Origin: Gnetum montanum
Taxonomy: Eukaryota > Plantae > Gnetophyta
Length of the DNA stretch: 64,000 nt
Direction of reading: 5' to 3'
Assembly: GCA_015680685.1 (NCBI GenBank)
Contig: MNCI01003033.1
Span: forward strand, 11,868-75,867
This document shows, one piece after another, positions 13,901-24,456 of this stretch (its first letter is position 1; each line of letters opens with the position of its first letter). The position numbers were made by a program, and so were the translations under genes. The notes below the pieces were generated by a model, which was not told where the DNA came from, searched no databases, and saw only the letters and a list, made by a program, of their open reading frames with translations.

Positions 13901-14911
13901 AATATTTTTCTAAGTACCCATAATAGAAGTCAAGAGTATATGGATCTTTATTCATTCACTATTTTGCTTGAGCACAACAATGTGCACAGTAAAAAAGATG
14001 CACTTTCTGATAAACCTTCTAGCACTTTGAAATAGACTAATTATTAACTTATGCATTTACTATTTTTTGTAATTTTTTTAATGCTTCAAGTAATTAAATA
14101 TTTAATTAATCTAAATTAAGCTAGGTTAAATAATTATTAATTAAGTACATAAGTATGACCACTTCAAGCATATGCTTGGCACTTGGTAATTCTAATAACA
14201 CTTAACGTTTGGTAACCTAATAGCATTAAATGTGTTTAGGATGTGTACGATAAGTGAGAACGAATACTTAAGTTAGGATTAGTTAGGAGTAGCTCATTAG
14301 ATTAAATTAGAAATTTAATTACTCTATTTTATACATCATTCTCATCCTTAGGTGACTTAAAACAAAAAATATAAAAAATGATAAAAATCATATGCCTCGG
14401 TTGCACTTAACTATACCGTTGCATTTCACAAGTGTAATTGGGAAGACAACAATTGCAATGGTTAGTTTCACTTCCTAGATACTAGTGCACTTAGAAGGCT
14501 ATAAGTCCAGGAAATTCAACTAGACCATGCACAAATGCTTAGTGATTCGTATGGCTAGGTGTAGGGGTACACGTCACTCATCACATGGACAATATACAAT
14601 TCTTAGTCTTTCCAAACTATATTTAAATAACTTTAAAAATTTGAGGGATAAGGTAAATAACCCATAATTTGCATGAAAACATATCTTCCAAAAATTTCAT
14701 TAGTGATAGACTCATATAAATCATCAAGCATCTTGTAAAATGGTAAAGAAGCAATAAATCTACTTAAAGCATCACTTGCTAAATCTAGCAATATTGTAGG
14801 TAATTCCAAATAGATTCAATAGAGAAATGTCTACTTAAGATATGATTTATTGATATAAGATGATTGAATATTAAGATTATTATAGGCTTGCTACTAGAAC
14901 TCCACCGATGC
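10957..14911 (+). repeat. Segmental duplication, copy A (direct repeat of 24457-28189)
   Basis: Colinear, highly similar sequence from aattatgtacctaatgg to accgatgc. Duplicated ORF pairs are visible in the ORF track (12909-13121 vs 26381-26593). Confidence 0.95.
10960..14583 (+). mobile_element. Athila-like element 3' half (internal region, env-like ORF remnant, PPT, 3' LTR ~13723-14583) with a nested inverted LTR fragment (~11693-12370)
   Basis: YMELANLRYVNIAMLT at ~12930 matches YMELANLRYANLAMLT in the ORF at 61139-61489. PPT-like tttagtcatgggata at ~13708-13722. The LTR ends ...ggggtacacgtcactcatca (14583). Confidence 0.8.
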
Positions 14912-16959
14912 TAGTCCCAAGCATGAATATGAAAGGAGGAGGATTAGCATCAAGTTGGTAGCCAATTGTAAAACCTTGTCAAATGTCATGGATGAGCTTT
15001 TTTTAAAAAAATTGCATATGCTAGTGCATTCCCTGTAAGTGATGCACATTAGTCACAATGCCTAATTGCTATGAAAATGAGCAAGGGCTTGCTATGGCAT
15101 CCTCTAGGAACAATGTACAACATCATCACTTAGATGTTGTGGAAAGTAGACAAGGTTTTAGTTCTATATAAAGGTGAACGGCAAAAAAGAACTCATGTCG
15201 CCAACCCATTTTGTTGGGACAAGGCTAGGATTATGATGATGGTAGGCTTGCTAATAAGTTTTTTTAACTATTATCCATCAAACTATACTTGGGGTATTAA
15301 CAACTAGTATTAAATTTAATAAGAGGTGGTATCAGTACATTTTATTTATTTTTGATAGTGATAGTCCTATAGATATTTTAATATTTAGTTAGGAATGTGT
15401 ACATTGCATGGCATTTTGGGACCATCATTTGAAGTGATGGTAAGGTGCTTGTTTCTCAAGTTAGAAGACGTGTGTGTCTAAGCCAGGATATAATCACTTG
15501 AAAAGAGGTTAGGCTTTTACTCATCCATGAATCCTCTCAAACCTCACTTGATAGGATGAACCCTGAGACTTCAGGTGATGCTTTATATTATAAGATATTT
15601 GTATATTGTTAATTAGATTATCATTGATGTGTGTTATGTAGCTATGAGTCCCATCTAGTTTTATGGTGACATTAAAGTTGAGTTTCCTTTACTTTGAAGG
15701 TGGTCTTACCCTTCTTGCATATGTTCTATGTAGATGGAGTGGTGATGAAGCATCTAATAATAATTTTGTATCATTTTGTAATCTCTAGAATTTTGTAGAA
15801 TATTGTCTTAAGCTCATCTTGTTCTTTGCCGTGTCTTGTGACGTTCTTTGTAGTAAAAACATACTTGAGATGTGTTGTTTGAGACTTGTTTCCCATTGAA
15901 AATTATGATCTTCCCTTCAAGCCTTATGCACATGATAAGATTATTTGTAACAATTATTAGTGTTTGTATTTATGTTGATTTCTAGTTTTGTTAGATCAAT
16001 GTACATGACAATTGTTAACAATTATTTATGGTAGTGATGTGTCAATTTAAAATAATTCAAATCAAATTTTATCAACTTGTATTAAGGTATACATGAAAAG
16101 TATCAATTACATCAGTATATTATGCTAATTAATATGTATTACAATCACATAGTTGTATTGCATTATATACAGTATACAAAGAATTGATATGAGGGAGAGA
16201 GTAGGTTAACCTAAACCAAGTATTACATTTTGTTACAGAAAAATCAGTTGTAATAATTGTGCTATTTCTCCCCTAAACAATTATTTGTAAAATCAGTAAA
16301 CATTAATAAAAAGTTAAGCATTGTTACATTTTACTCCTCATGTGCATGGGCCTCATGTAGATAAGAATTTTCCTTGTCCCTCAATTGTTATTCCAATCAA
16401 GTATCAATATGCTATCAACAAGCCTCGCTTAAGTTTGCATCATTTTAGAATTGAAAGTGGAAGATAGATTCAGCTCACGTGAGAAAAGTGCATTTGCAGG
16501 TTGTGGAGGACGTCATCTGGAGCCTAACCTCTTCAACTAGATGTGCTTAGGCTAGAACCCAAATGTTGAGATAAAGTTATAATATTACACCAAAAAACTT
16601 GTATAATGTGTTTTCGCTACCCCATGTGCTTAAAGTCTTATCTTTATTCTTGATGAAAATGTAATCTATCTCGTAAATTCTATAAATCTTTGAACTTAAT
16701 AAAGGTTCCATCTCCATTTCCATTTTTATTAAGACATGCTCATCTACAGGGACTTTCTCCGCAACAAATAAAACAAAACCAGAAAAAACAAAAAGTACAA
16801 AGTCATGCGTCGATTAAGCGTTCAAAGCACATGCATAGACTTCTACGAGCGCATGCATAGACTTTTATGAGCGGCAAATACCGTGACCACAGTGGATGCA
16901 TCCTTAATTAGTAAAACGTGAAGAAAAGAAAAGAAAACCCTTGTCCTTGCGGGCGAGAC

Positions 16960-17200
16960 GAGTTGTATCAGTTAGGTCGTAGTTTCGTGGATTTGCCTCT
17001 TCGTCAAACACGTGCCCAGTTTTTGCTTTACGACCGGATAAGGTTGGCAGGCCATGTTTTCGGGCGCCTCGTGGTCGTGGGAGTTGAAGTATGCTCATTT
17101 TTTGGGCCGTATCTGTACATGTGTAGCAACAACCTCTACCAGTCAAGGAATGCCGTCGGTGCTCCTTCATGGCTGGCTCGCTATATAAGAAGAACCTCGG
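16960..17200 (+). promoter_or_regulatory. Putative PKS promoter: TATA box (17182-17188), G-box CACGTG (17009-17014), MYB/AC-like elements (gttaggt 16971-16977; ggttgg ~17042)
   Basis: ctatataag lies ~275 bp upstream of the ATG. G-box plus AC elements is typical of phenylpropanoid/CHS-family promoters. Motif matches only. Confidence 0.55.
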
Positions 17201-17241
17201 GCGGGTTGTGCACCACACCCACTACTCCCCAGCCTGACTAC

Positions 17242-17329
17242 CACTATCATTTCCATTTTCAGTTCCAGCTACGTTTCAGTCATTCACTATCATTTCCATT
17301 TCCAGTTCCAGCTACGTTTCAGTCATTCA
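17242..17329 (+). repeat. ~43-bp tandem duplication in the predicted PKS 5' leader
   Basis: cactatcatttccatt(t/-)(t/c)cagttccagctacgtttcagtcatt occurs twice. Confidence 0.9.
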
Positions 17330-17457
17330 GTGTGGGAGAATTGAGTATTGAAGCGCTGGTTCTCAATCTCAAGCCCCACATCGGCACATTCCCTGAGCGA
17401 CTGTAACAGTTACAAGCTCCCATCTCCATCCATAATCAACCACAGCATCCATCCATC

Positions 17458-18648
17458 ATGGCTGCCACTGCCACCACAGAGAAGGCCAAGGGGAACGCCT
17501 GCGTGCTGGCAATTGCCACAGCGCAACCAGCCAACGTGATAAAACACAGCCAGTATCCGGACTACTACTTCAAGGTGACCAACAGCGAGCACATGACGGA
17601 GGTCAAGGACAAGTTCCAGCGCATCTGCGAGAAAGCGCAGATCAAGCAGAGGCACGTGCTCCTGACGGAGGAGATGCTGAAGCAGTATCCCAGCCTTACC
17701 TCCTACGATGATCCCTCCCACAATGATAGGCAGCAGATAATGCTGAGGGAGATTCCGCGCCTCGGCAAGGCGGCTGCCGAGAAGGCCGTGGCGGAGTGGG
17801 GGCAGCCTCTAAACGGCATAACTCACTTGGTCTTCCACTGCACCTCCGCCATCCACATGCCCGGCAACGACTTCGAGCTGGCCATGGCCATGGGCCTCAG
17901 CCCCCACGTGGAGAGGATCATGCTCTACCACGTCGGCTGCCACGCCGGCGGCACCGTCCTCCGAATCGCCAAGACGCTCGCTGAGAGCCGCCGCGGCGCC
18001 CGCGTTCTCGTCGTTTGCTCCGAGATCACGGCATGCCTCTTCCGCGGTCCCCAACCCGACGGCGGGCACATTGACAATCTGGTGGCCCAGGTTCTGTTCG
18101 GCGACGGCGCCGCTGCGCTCATAATTGGCGCTGACCCTGATGTTGCCGCCGGCGAGCGGCCATGCTTCGAGTTGATCTCCGCCCAGCAGACGGTCCTGCC
18201 GGACTCCCCGGATGGCATCGAGGGCTACGTCATGGAAGCCGGGTTGATGGTGCATCTCTCCAAGAACGTGGCGTCCGTGATCTCGGAAAACTTGGAAGGC
18301 GAGCTCAAGAGGGCGGTTAAGCCGCTGGGCATATCGAACTCCGATTGGAACAGCCTCTTCTGGATCTCTCACCCTGGCGGTGCTGCCATCCTGGACGCCG
18401 TGGAGGCCAAGCTGGCGCTGCAGCCGAGCAAGATGCGGGCGAGCCGGCATGTGCAGGCGGAGAACGGCAACATGTCAAGCGCGTCGGTACTGTTCATTCT
18501 GGAAGAGATTCGTAGGTGGTCCACTGCCAACGGGTGCTCTACCACAGGGGAGGGACTTCCATTGGGTGTGCTGGTGGCTTTCGGCCCCGGTATCTCTGTT
18601 GAGACCGTCGTACTGAAGGCTTTCCCTCTTCCATCCACCTCCGTTTAG
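17458..18648 (+). CDS. Type III polyketide synthase, chalcone/stilbene synthase superfamily (CHS-like, probably not a true CHS); intronless, 396 aa
   Basis: Intact ORF. Catalytic C161 ([13 protein letters not shown]), H305 (WISHPGG), N338 (GNMSSA). LFGDGAAA gatekeeper Phe, YPDYYF, EWGQP and AFGPG loop present. GC-rich codon usage. Confidence 0.97.
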   Translation: MAATATTEKAKGNACVLAIATAQPANVIKHSQYPDYYFKVTNSEHMTEVKDKFQRICEKAQIKQRHVLLTEEMLKQYPSLTSYDDPSHNDRQQIMLREIPRLGKAAAEKAVAEWGQPLNGITHLVFHCTSAIHMPGNDFELAMAMGLSPHVERIMLYHVGCHAGGTVLRIAKTLAESRRGARVLVVCSEITACLFRGPQPDGGHIDNLVAQVLFGDGAAALIIGADPDVAAGERPCFELISAQQTVLPDSPDGIEGYVMEAGLMVHLSKNVASVISENLEGELKRAVKPLGISNSDWNSLFWISHPGGAAILDAVEAKLALQPSKMRASRHVQAENGNMSSASVLFILEEIRRWSTANGCSTTGEGLPLGVLVAFGPGISVETVVLKAFPLPSTSV

Positions 18649-18860
18649 AGTGCTCATTCTTCATTTACAATTTACATGCATTTTGGCTTTCTCCTTCCGT
18701 GTTGCTGCTACCTGTAGCATCAACCTATCCCCAACGTCATCTGCACTTCTCATTTCCCTCTTCCCGACTCTCCCGTGACCACAGCAATGAAATATCAGCC
18801 GTTGTCACCGTACGCTGTAAGTTTAGGAGCCCTTTCAAGTCCACATTGAAACGTGTATTA

Positions 18861-19249
18861 TGTGAGTAAAGTGAAGGCAACTGCTGTTCACATAGCCTTA
18901 GATATTATCATCTCTTTCATTACGAGAACTATCTTTTTTATAATTATATGGGACAATAGTTATGTTGTAATAAAATGTAGTTAAAAAGTATTTAACTGCA
19001 CATATTTGAAATATAAATATGGTTACAAGGAAGCCTTCAAGGTAGTGTCTTTGGCTTTCATCTCAATGCTATCTTCTTTCCCATCCTTTGCTATTCATTA
19101 TGTTTCATAAATTCTCTCTAAGCTGACAAAAAGATCCAAGAGCTTGTTTCTTGCTGGGTTTTTCTTGTTTTCCCCAAGGATATATTCTTGTGCTATTTTT
19201 TTTTTTACTTATTTTTTTTACCATTATCACGAACAATCTAAAAATCACA
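18861..19249 (+). repeat. copia 5' LTR (389 bp)
   Basis: tgtgagtaaagtgaa...aaaatcaca, followed by the PBS. Confidence 0.9.
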
Positions 19250-22200
19250 ATTGGTATCGGAGCGAGGTTCTTTCATGGTGGTTTTTTTGTGGTGCTGTTT
19301 GATTTCAAGGTATGACAAACTTTGTGAAAATCAAAATTGAAAAATTCTCCCATAATGATTATGAAGTTTTGGAGAATGTACATGGAGGATCTTCTTCTCG
19401 GCAAAGATCTTTGGCAAGTAATTATTGATTCAAAGCCCAATACTGTCATAGATTCAGACTGGGAGGCCTTGGATAGAAAGGCACAAAGCAAAATTCGTTT
19501 GTCTCTCTTGTTCGGTGCCTCTCAATGTTTATGGAGTTCTAACTACCAAAGATTTGTGAGACAAATTAAAATATTTATGGAGTTTCTTGGTATATTTATT
19601 CTAGTGCTTCTTATCACTATACCCATACTTTGCTTGTAATCTCAATGTGGTCAAACTAGGTGATGATGCTCTTTATGATGTTGTTAAGTATGGCAAAGTA
19701 AAAATCCAATTTAAGTATGGAACCATTAAAACTATATCTCATGTTAGTCATGTATCTAAACTCACAATGAGTCTCCTATCTATGAGTGAGTTAGATTGTC
19801 TAACTATCATATTTGGTAAAAAAAACAATGTAAAATCTTGCAAGGGTCTTTAGCTCTAGCCACTGGTGTAAAGGTGGGAAGACTTTACTAGTTTGAAGTA
19901 AGAACATTGTAGCACAACTTCAACATGGTAATTGTTACTGACTTGCATTTAGGCATTGATCTTTGGCATAGAAGATTGACACATATAAGTGAAAAAGGTT
20001 TAAAGGAACTACATAAAAAAGGTAAAATTAACCTTATGAAAGAATCTTTGAATTTTTGTCATCATTGCCTACTTGGTAAACAAACATTTTCAAGATTGCC
20101 AAGAAGTAATGCTAAAGTTAATCAAGTGTTAGAGTTAATACATAATGATGTATGTGAACTAGTCAAAGACTTGAAAACATTCTCACTTGGAGGTGCTACA
20201 TATTATGTTTTATTCATTAATGTTGTTTTAAGGAAAGCTTGGATCTATTTAACAAAACATAAGTCTGAAGTGTTTGAAAAATTTAAAGAGTTCAAAGCAC
20301 TTGTTGAAAATTATTTAGGAAAGAAAATCAAGGTTAACAAATAATGGTAATGAATTTTGCTTCAATGCTTTTAACAATTTTTGTAAAGAACATGGCATAT
20401 ATAGATAAAAGACTATTCCAAGAACTCCCAAAGAGAATGGAGTAGCTGAACGTTTTAATAGAACATTGCTAGAAAGAATCAGACGCATGCTAAGTGAAGC
20501 TAGTCTTGGTGAACATTTTTAGGCGAAAGCTACAATGACTACTTGCTATCTCATCAACAGGTCTCCATCCTTTGCAATTGATGGAAAGATTCCAAAAGAA
20601 ATATGGAATAGTAAGTCTGTTAATTTAAATTATCTTCAAGTTTTTGGGTGTGAAACACCTTAAGTTCGCATTCCAAAAGTTGATGGATTNAAATCTAGTC
20701 ACATAAGAAAATTGCCCACTCGATTTGAAGATCAAATTCTAATTGCTAAAGTTAAACTACTTACTTATGATGAAGCTTGTACATCTCTTTATCATAAAGA
20801 ATGGAAGTGAATGATGGATGATGAAATGTATGATATTCATAAGAATAAGACATGGGAATTGGTTGAACTTTCATATGATAGAAACCAATTGGTTATAAGT
20901 GGGTGTTCAGAATTAAATCTGGTGACCATTTTAAAGCACATCTTGTTGCTAAGGGTTATTCCCAAAAGAATGGAATTGATTATAATAAAATCTTCTTCCC
21001 TATGGTAAAATTAACATCCATTAAATCATTGCTTTCAATAGCATTAGCTTATGATCTAGAACTTGAATAAATGGATGTAAAAACTACTTTCCTCAATGAT
21101 GATCTTGAGGAGGAAAGATATATGCTTCAACCTAAAGGGCATGAAGTGAAAGGAAAATAGCATTTGGTGTGTCGATTGCTAAGATCATTGTATGAGCTCA
21201 AACAAACACCAAGGATGTGGAATAAAAAAACTAATGAACACATGTTAAATCTTGGCTTTATTAGATGTCAGAAAGACTCCTACTTATATGTCAAAAATAA
21301 AAATGGAAAACTCTTAATTTTACTGCTATATGTTGATGACATGTTAATACTAGGAAGTAAAATGGATGAAATTAAGGAGTTGAAACAAGTTCTTTCTTTT
21401 TGGTTTGAGATGAAAGATCTTGGTGCTATTACATGGATTTGGGCATGGAAATTAAAAGAAATAGAGGTAATAACAAACTTTTGGTTGGATAATTTGCATA
21501 TGTGAAAATTATGGTAAAAAGATATAATGTGTAAGATTGTAAGCCTATGGCAACACCCTGTGAAATTGGGATGAAACTCTCAATTGAATAATGCCCAAAG
21601 ATAGATGATGAAAAAGAACTCATGATAAAAATTTCATAGGCTAGTGTTGTTAGTAGTTTGATGTATGCAATGGTCACTACTAAACTTTATATTGCATATA
21701 TTGTTGGATAACTTAGCAAGTATATGTCTAATCTAGGGAAACAACACTGGATTACTGTAAACACAAGTTTTTTGATATGTTCATGGTATTATAAACTTTG
21801 GTATTTGTTATCAAAGTAATTCATCCATTCTACATGTTATGTGAATGTTGATTGGGGCGGGGATTTAGATAATAGAAAATCAACCAATGGATATGTGTTT
21901 AATATCTTTGGTGGTGCTATCTCTTGGAAAAGCCAATTGCAATCTTGTGTAGCTTAGTTTACTACTAAAGTAGAATATGTTGCTACAAACCTAGCTAGTC
22001 AAGAAGCAACGTGGCTTCAAAGATTAGCGGATGAACTCAAAATTCATAAAAAAAAATTTGAAGATTGATTGTGATAACCAAAGTGTAGTTTATATATCCA
22101 AGAATCCCAATTTCCAGAGTAGGACAAAGCATATAGAAATACAACATCACTATATTCAAGTGCAATTAAATGAACAAAGAAGTCTTCTTGAAAAAATTAA

Positions 22201-22349
22201 GATAGAAGAGAATCTTGCTGATATGATGATAAAATCTTTATTTAATAAAAAAATTTTATGGTGTCAAATAGCTATTGGTGTCAGGGAAGATGATATTATC
22301 TAAGGTCTAGATTAGGCTTCATGGAAACTTTTCCTTCGAGAGGGAGAAT

Positions 22350-22809
22350 TGTAATTAAAGTGAAAGCAACTACCATTCACATAAGCTCAGATATTATCAT
22401 CTCTTTGATTACAAGCACTATCTTTTTTGTAATTATATGGTACAATAGTTATGTTGTAATAAAATGTAGTTTTAAGTATTTAACTGCAGATATTTGAAAT
22501 ATAGTGAATGTAAAACTATTGTTCATCTTTGTCATTTTACTAGTATTAATATGTCATTTACATGTGGCATCCCATGCTATAAATATGGTTACAATGAAGC
22601 CTTCAAGGTAGTGTGTTAGCTTTCATCCCAATGCTTTCTTCTTTCCCATTCTCTACTATTCATTGTATTTTAGAAATTCTCTCTGAGCTGACATAAAGAT
22701 TCAGGAGCCTACTTCTTTCTAGGGTTTTTCTTGTTTTTCCCCAGGATATATTTTATGTTTTTGTATTGATTTATTTTTTCTGTTATCATGAACTATCTAA
22801 AAATCACAT
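22350..22809 (+). repeat. copia 3' LTR (460 bp)
   Basis: tgtaattaaagtgaa...aaaatcaca, after the PPT and followed by TSD tatta. Confidence 0.9.
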
Positions 22810-23289
22810 ATTAAAGTATTAATGCAAATCATGCATCCACCCAAGTGCATCAACGTGTCCCACTCCTCACTTTACCAAGCTCAATGCATGCTTATTTGGG
22901 AATATGTAAGGATTATTTATTTAACATTTTATTAAAAATCTTAAGTTGACATGCTCATGGTTTAAAGAAAATTTAAAGATCTAAATCAAAAGGCCCTTTG
23001 TTGTAACTTGAGGATGGTAAAACAAATCTAAATCTTGACGTGCAACACTTAGCTCTATAGGAAAAAAAGAATCCAGCAACAAAACTAAAACAAAACAAGT
23101 GTAGCATAACTTGTGTGTTTTTAACAATGAAGAGTGTAAAGGTCAGAATACCAAGTACACAAGTATAGTCATAAAAACTATGTATGATGAAAATCCTAGT
23201 GCCACAACTAATGCAAAATAAGTATAGAGTGACTTCTATATTTTTAGCCAAGAAGACAGTTATGAACATTTCTTATAAGCTAAGTAAAA

Positions 23290-23560
23290 AGTATTATAAC
23301 ACTTTGGACAGAGTCAAAGAGTAGTATCTAAGACTTGAATATAACAATATCAAAAAACCAATTTAGATTTATGCCAAGGAGATAGATCTATGATAAAAGC
23401 TATTTTTTTTATAAGACAATTGATAAAGAAATTTAGAAAACATATAGAAAATCTACATACAATGTTCATTGATTTGGAAAAAGCATAAAATAACTTAGAG
23501 ATATTAGTTGGTGAGTTTTGCAAAGGAAAAATAGCCATACTAAATATATAAAGTGATTCA
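23290..23560 (+). mobile_element. RTE-clade LINE reverse transcriptase fragment
   Basis: Plus-strand translation NQFRFMPRR...FFIRQLIKKFRKHIENLHTMFIDLEKA matches the RTE RT pattern QFGFMPGRST...LHMVFIDLEKAYD. Confidence 0.75.
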
Positions 23561-23569
23561 AAGTTGATC

Positions 23570-24456
23570 ATAGTTCGCTGTCTTCCCACCTGGACTAATA
23601 TTTGCTTTGTCACGTATGGTTTAATCCAAAGTGAGGCCTATGATGTGATCCTAAACTAGTGCTACTCCTAGAGATAATGGAACATAATCTTGATTAAACT
23701 AATGAGTAATAGGAAATGAAGTCTAAGCTAACCTAAGTGCAATGAGCACCCATTCCTTAATCATTTGTACACATCTTGGACCTCGTGCATGGCTACTACT
23801 CGGATTACCAAGCGTAGATCCTAGGTACGCTACTGGGTTACCAAGTGGTCACACTTAAATGCTTGTGATTAAGTCGTACTCATTCCGCATTTAACAACAG
23901 GAATAATGAATGATGATAAAGAAATATTAACTAAGAAAACAATAAATAATAATAACAATTAAATAATTAAATCTAAGTGAATGCTGCAATGATGAAGTAA
24001 TCTCGATCTTTATTTCCAGTCATGTGCACGTCCAAGTACGTCACACTCGAATAAAGGTGTCGTACAATTACAAGCATCACACTGTGGGCATGCACTGGGA
24101 AAATATTCTAACTCTTGTGGGAACAAAATGCAAGGGCTTTGCTACAACTACTAGAAAGATACCTAAGTGTGGCGGAGGGCCACTTATTTATAGGCTAAAA
24201 CAGGATCTACGTAAACGAGGCCACGTCGATGCATGAAGGGATGCATCGACGGGGCCAAGTCGACGCGGCAATGTATACGGGGCCTCGTATACGTGGCCTA
24301 GTCGACACATCGACTGCCTAGCGCTTCATCATACCCCCACAACTGAATAACAACTCATCCTCATGTCAAAGAAAGTGAGGAACAAGCTCAATTGAATACA
24401 CAGTGGATAGGTATGGGATTGTTGATGACTAGAAATTTATTCATGTCGCAGTGGAG
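23570..24456 (-). mobile_element. Athila-like LTR (truncated, to 24331) plus PPT and short internal segment
   Basis: agttcgctgtcttccca... matches 59630 onward. It ends ttcatca|tacccccacaactgaata, as at 60530. Confidence 0.85.

Larger units (their letters stand above)
18861..22809 (+). mobile_element. Ty1/copia LTR retrotransposon with both LTRs and TSD, internally deleted and decayed
   Basis: TSD tatta at 18856-18860 and 22810-22814. TG...CA LTRs. PBS tggtatcggagc (19252-19263, tRNA-iMet-like). PPT gagagggagaa (22338-22348). Copia domain order: gag (WEALDRKAQSKIRLSL), GAG-pre-integrase (LWHRRLTHISEKGL), INT (ENGVAERFNRTL), RT (LLLYVDDML), RH (CDNQS..SRTKHIEIQHH). Confidence 0.95.

Noticed and set aside
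14912-16400. Possible further TE remnants upstream of the PKS
   Set aside because: Too decayed to assign by eye.
16918-17406. 162-aa ORF upstream of the PKS
   Set aside because: It has a non-ATG start, spans the promoter, TATA and a tandem duplication, and has no recognisable domain.
17458-18648. Assigning the symbol CHS or STS
   Set aside because: Several CHS-diagnostic residues differ, so function cannot be assigned from sequence.
17410-18657. Antisense and alternate-frame ORFs over the PKS
   Set aside because: These are expected shadows of a GC-rich coding sequence.
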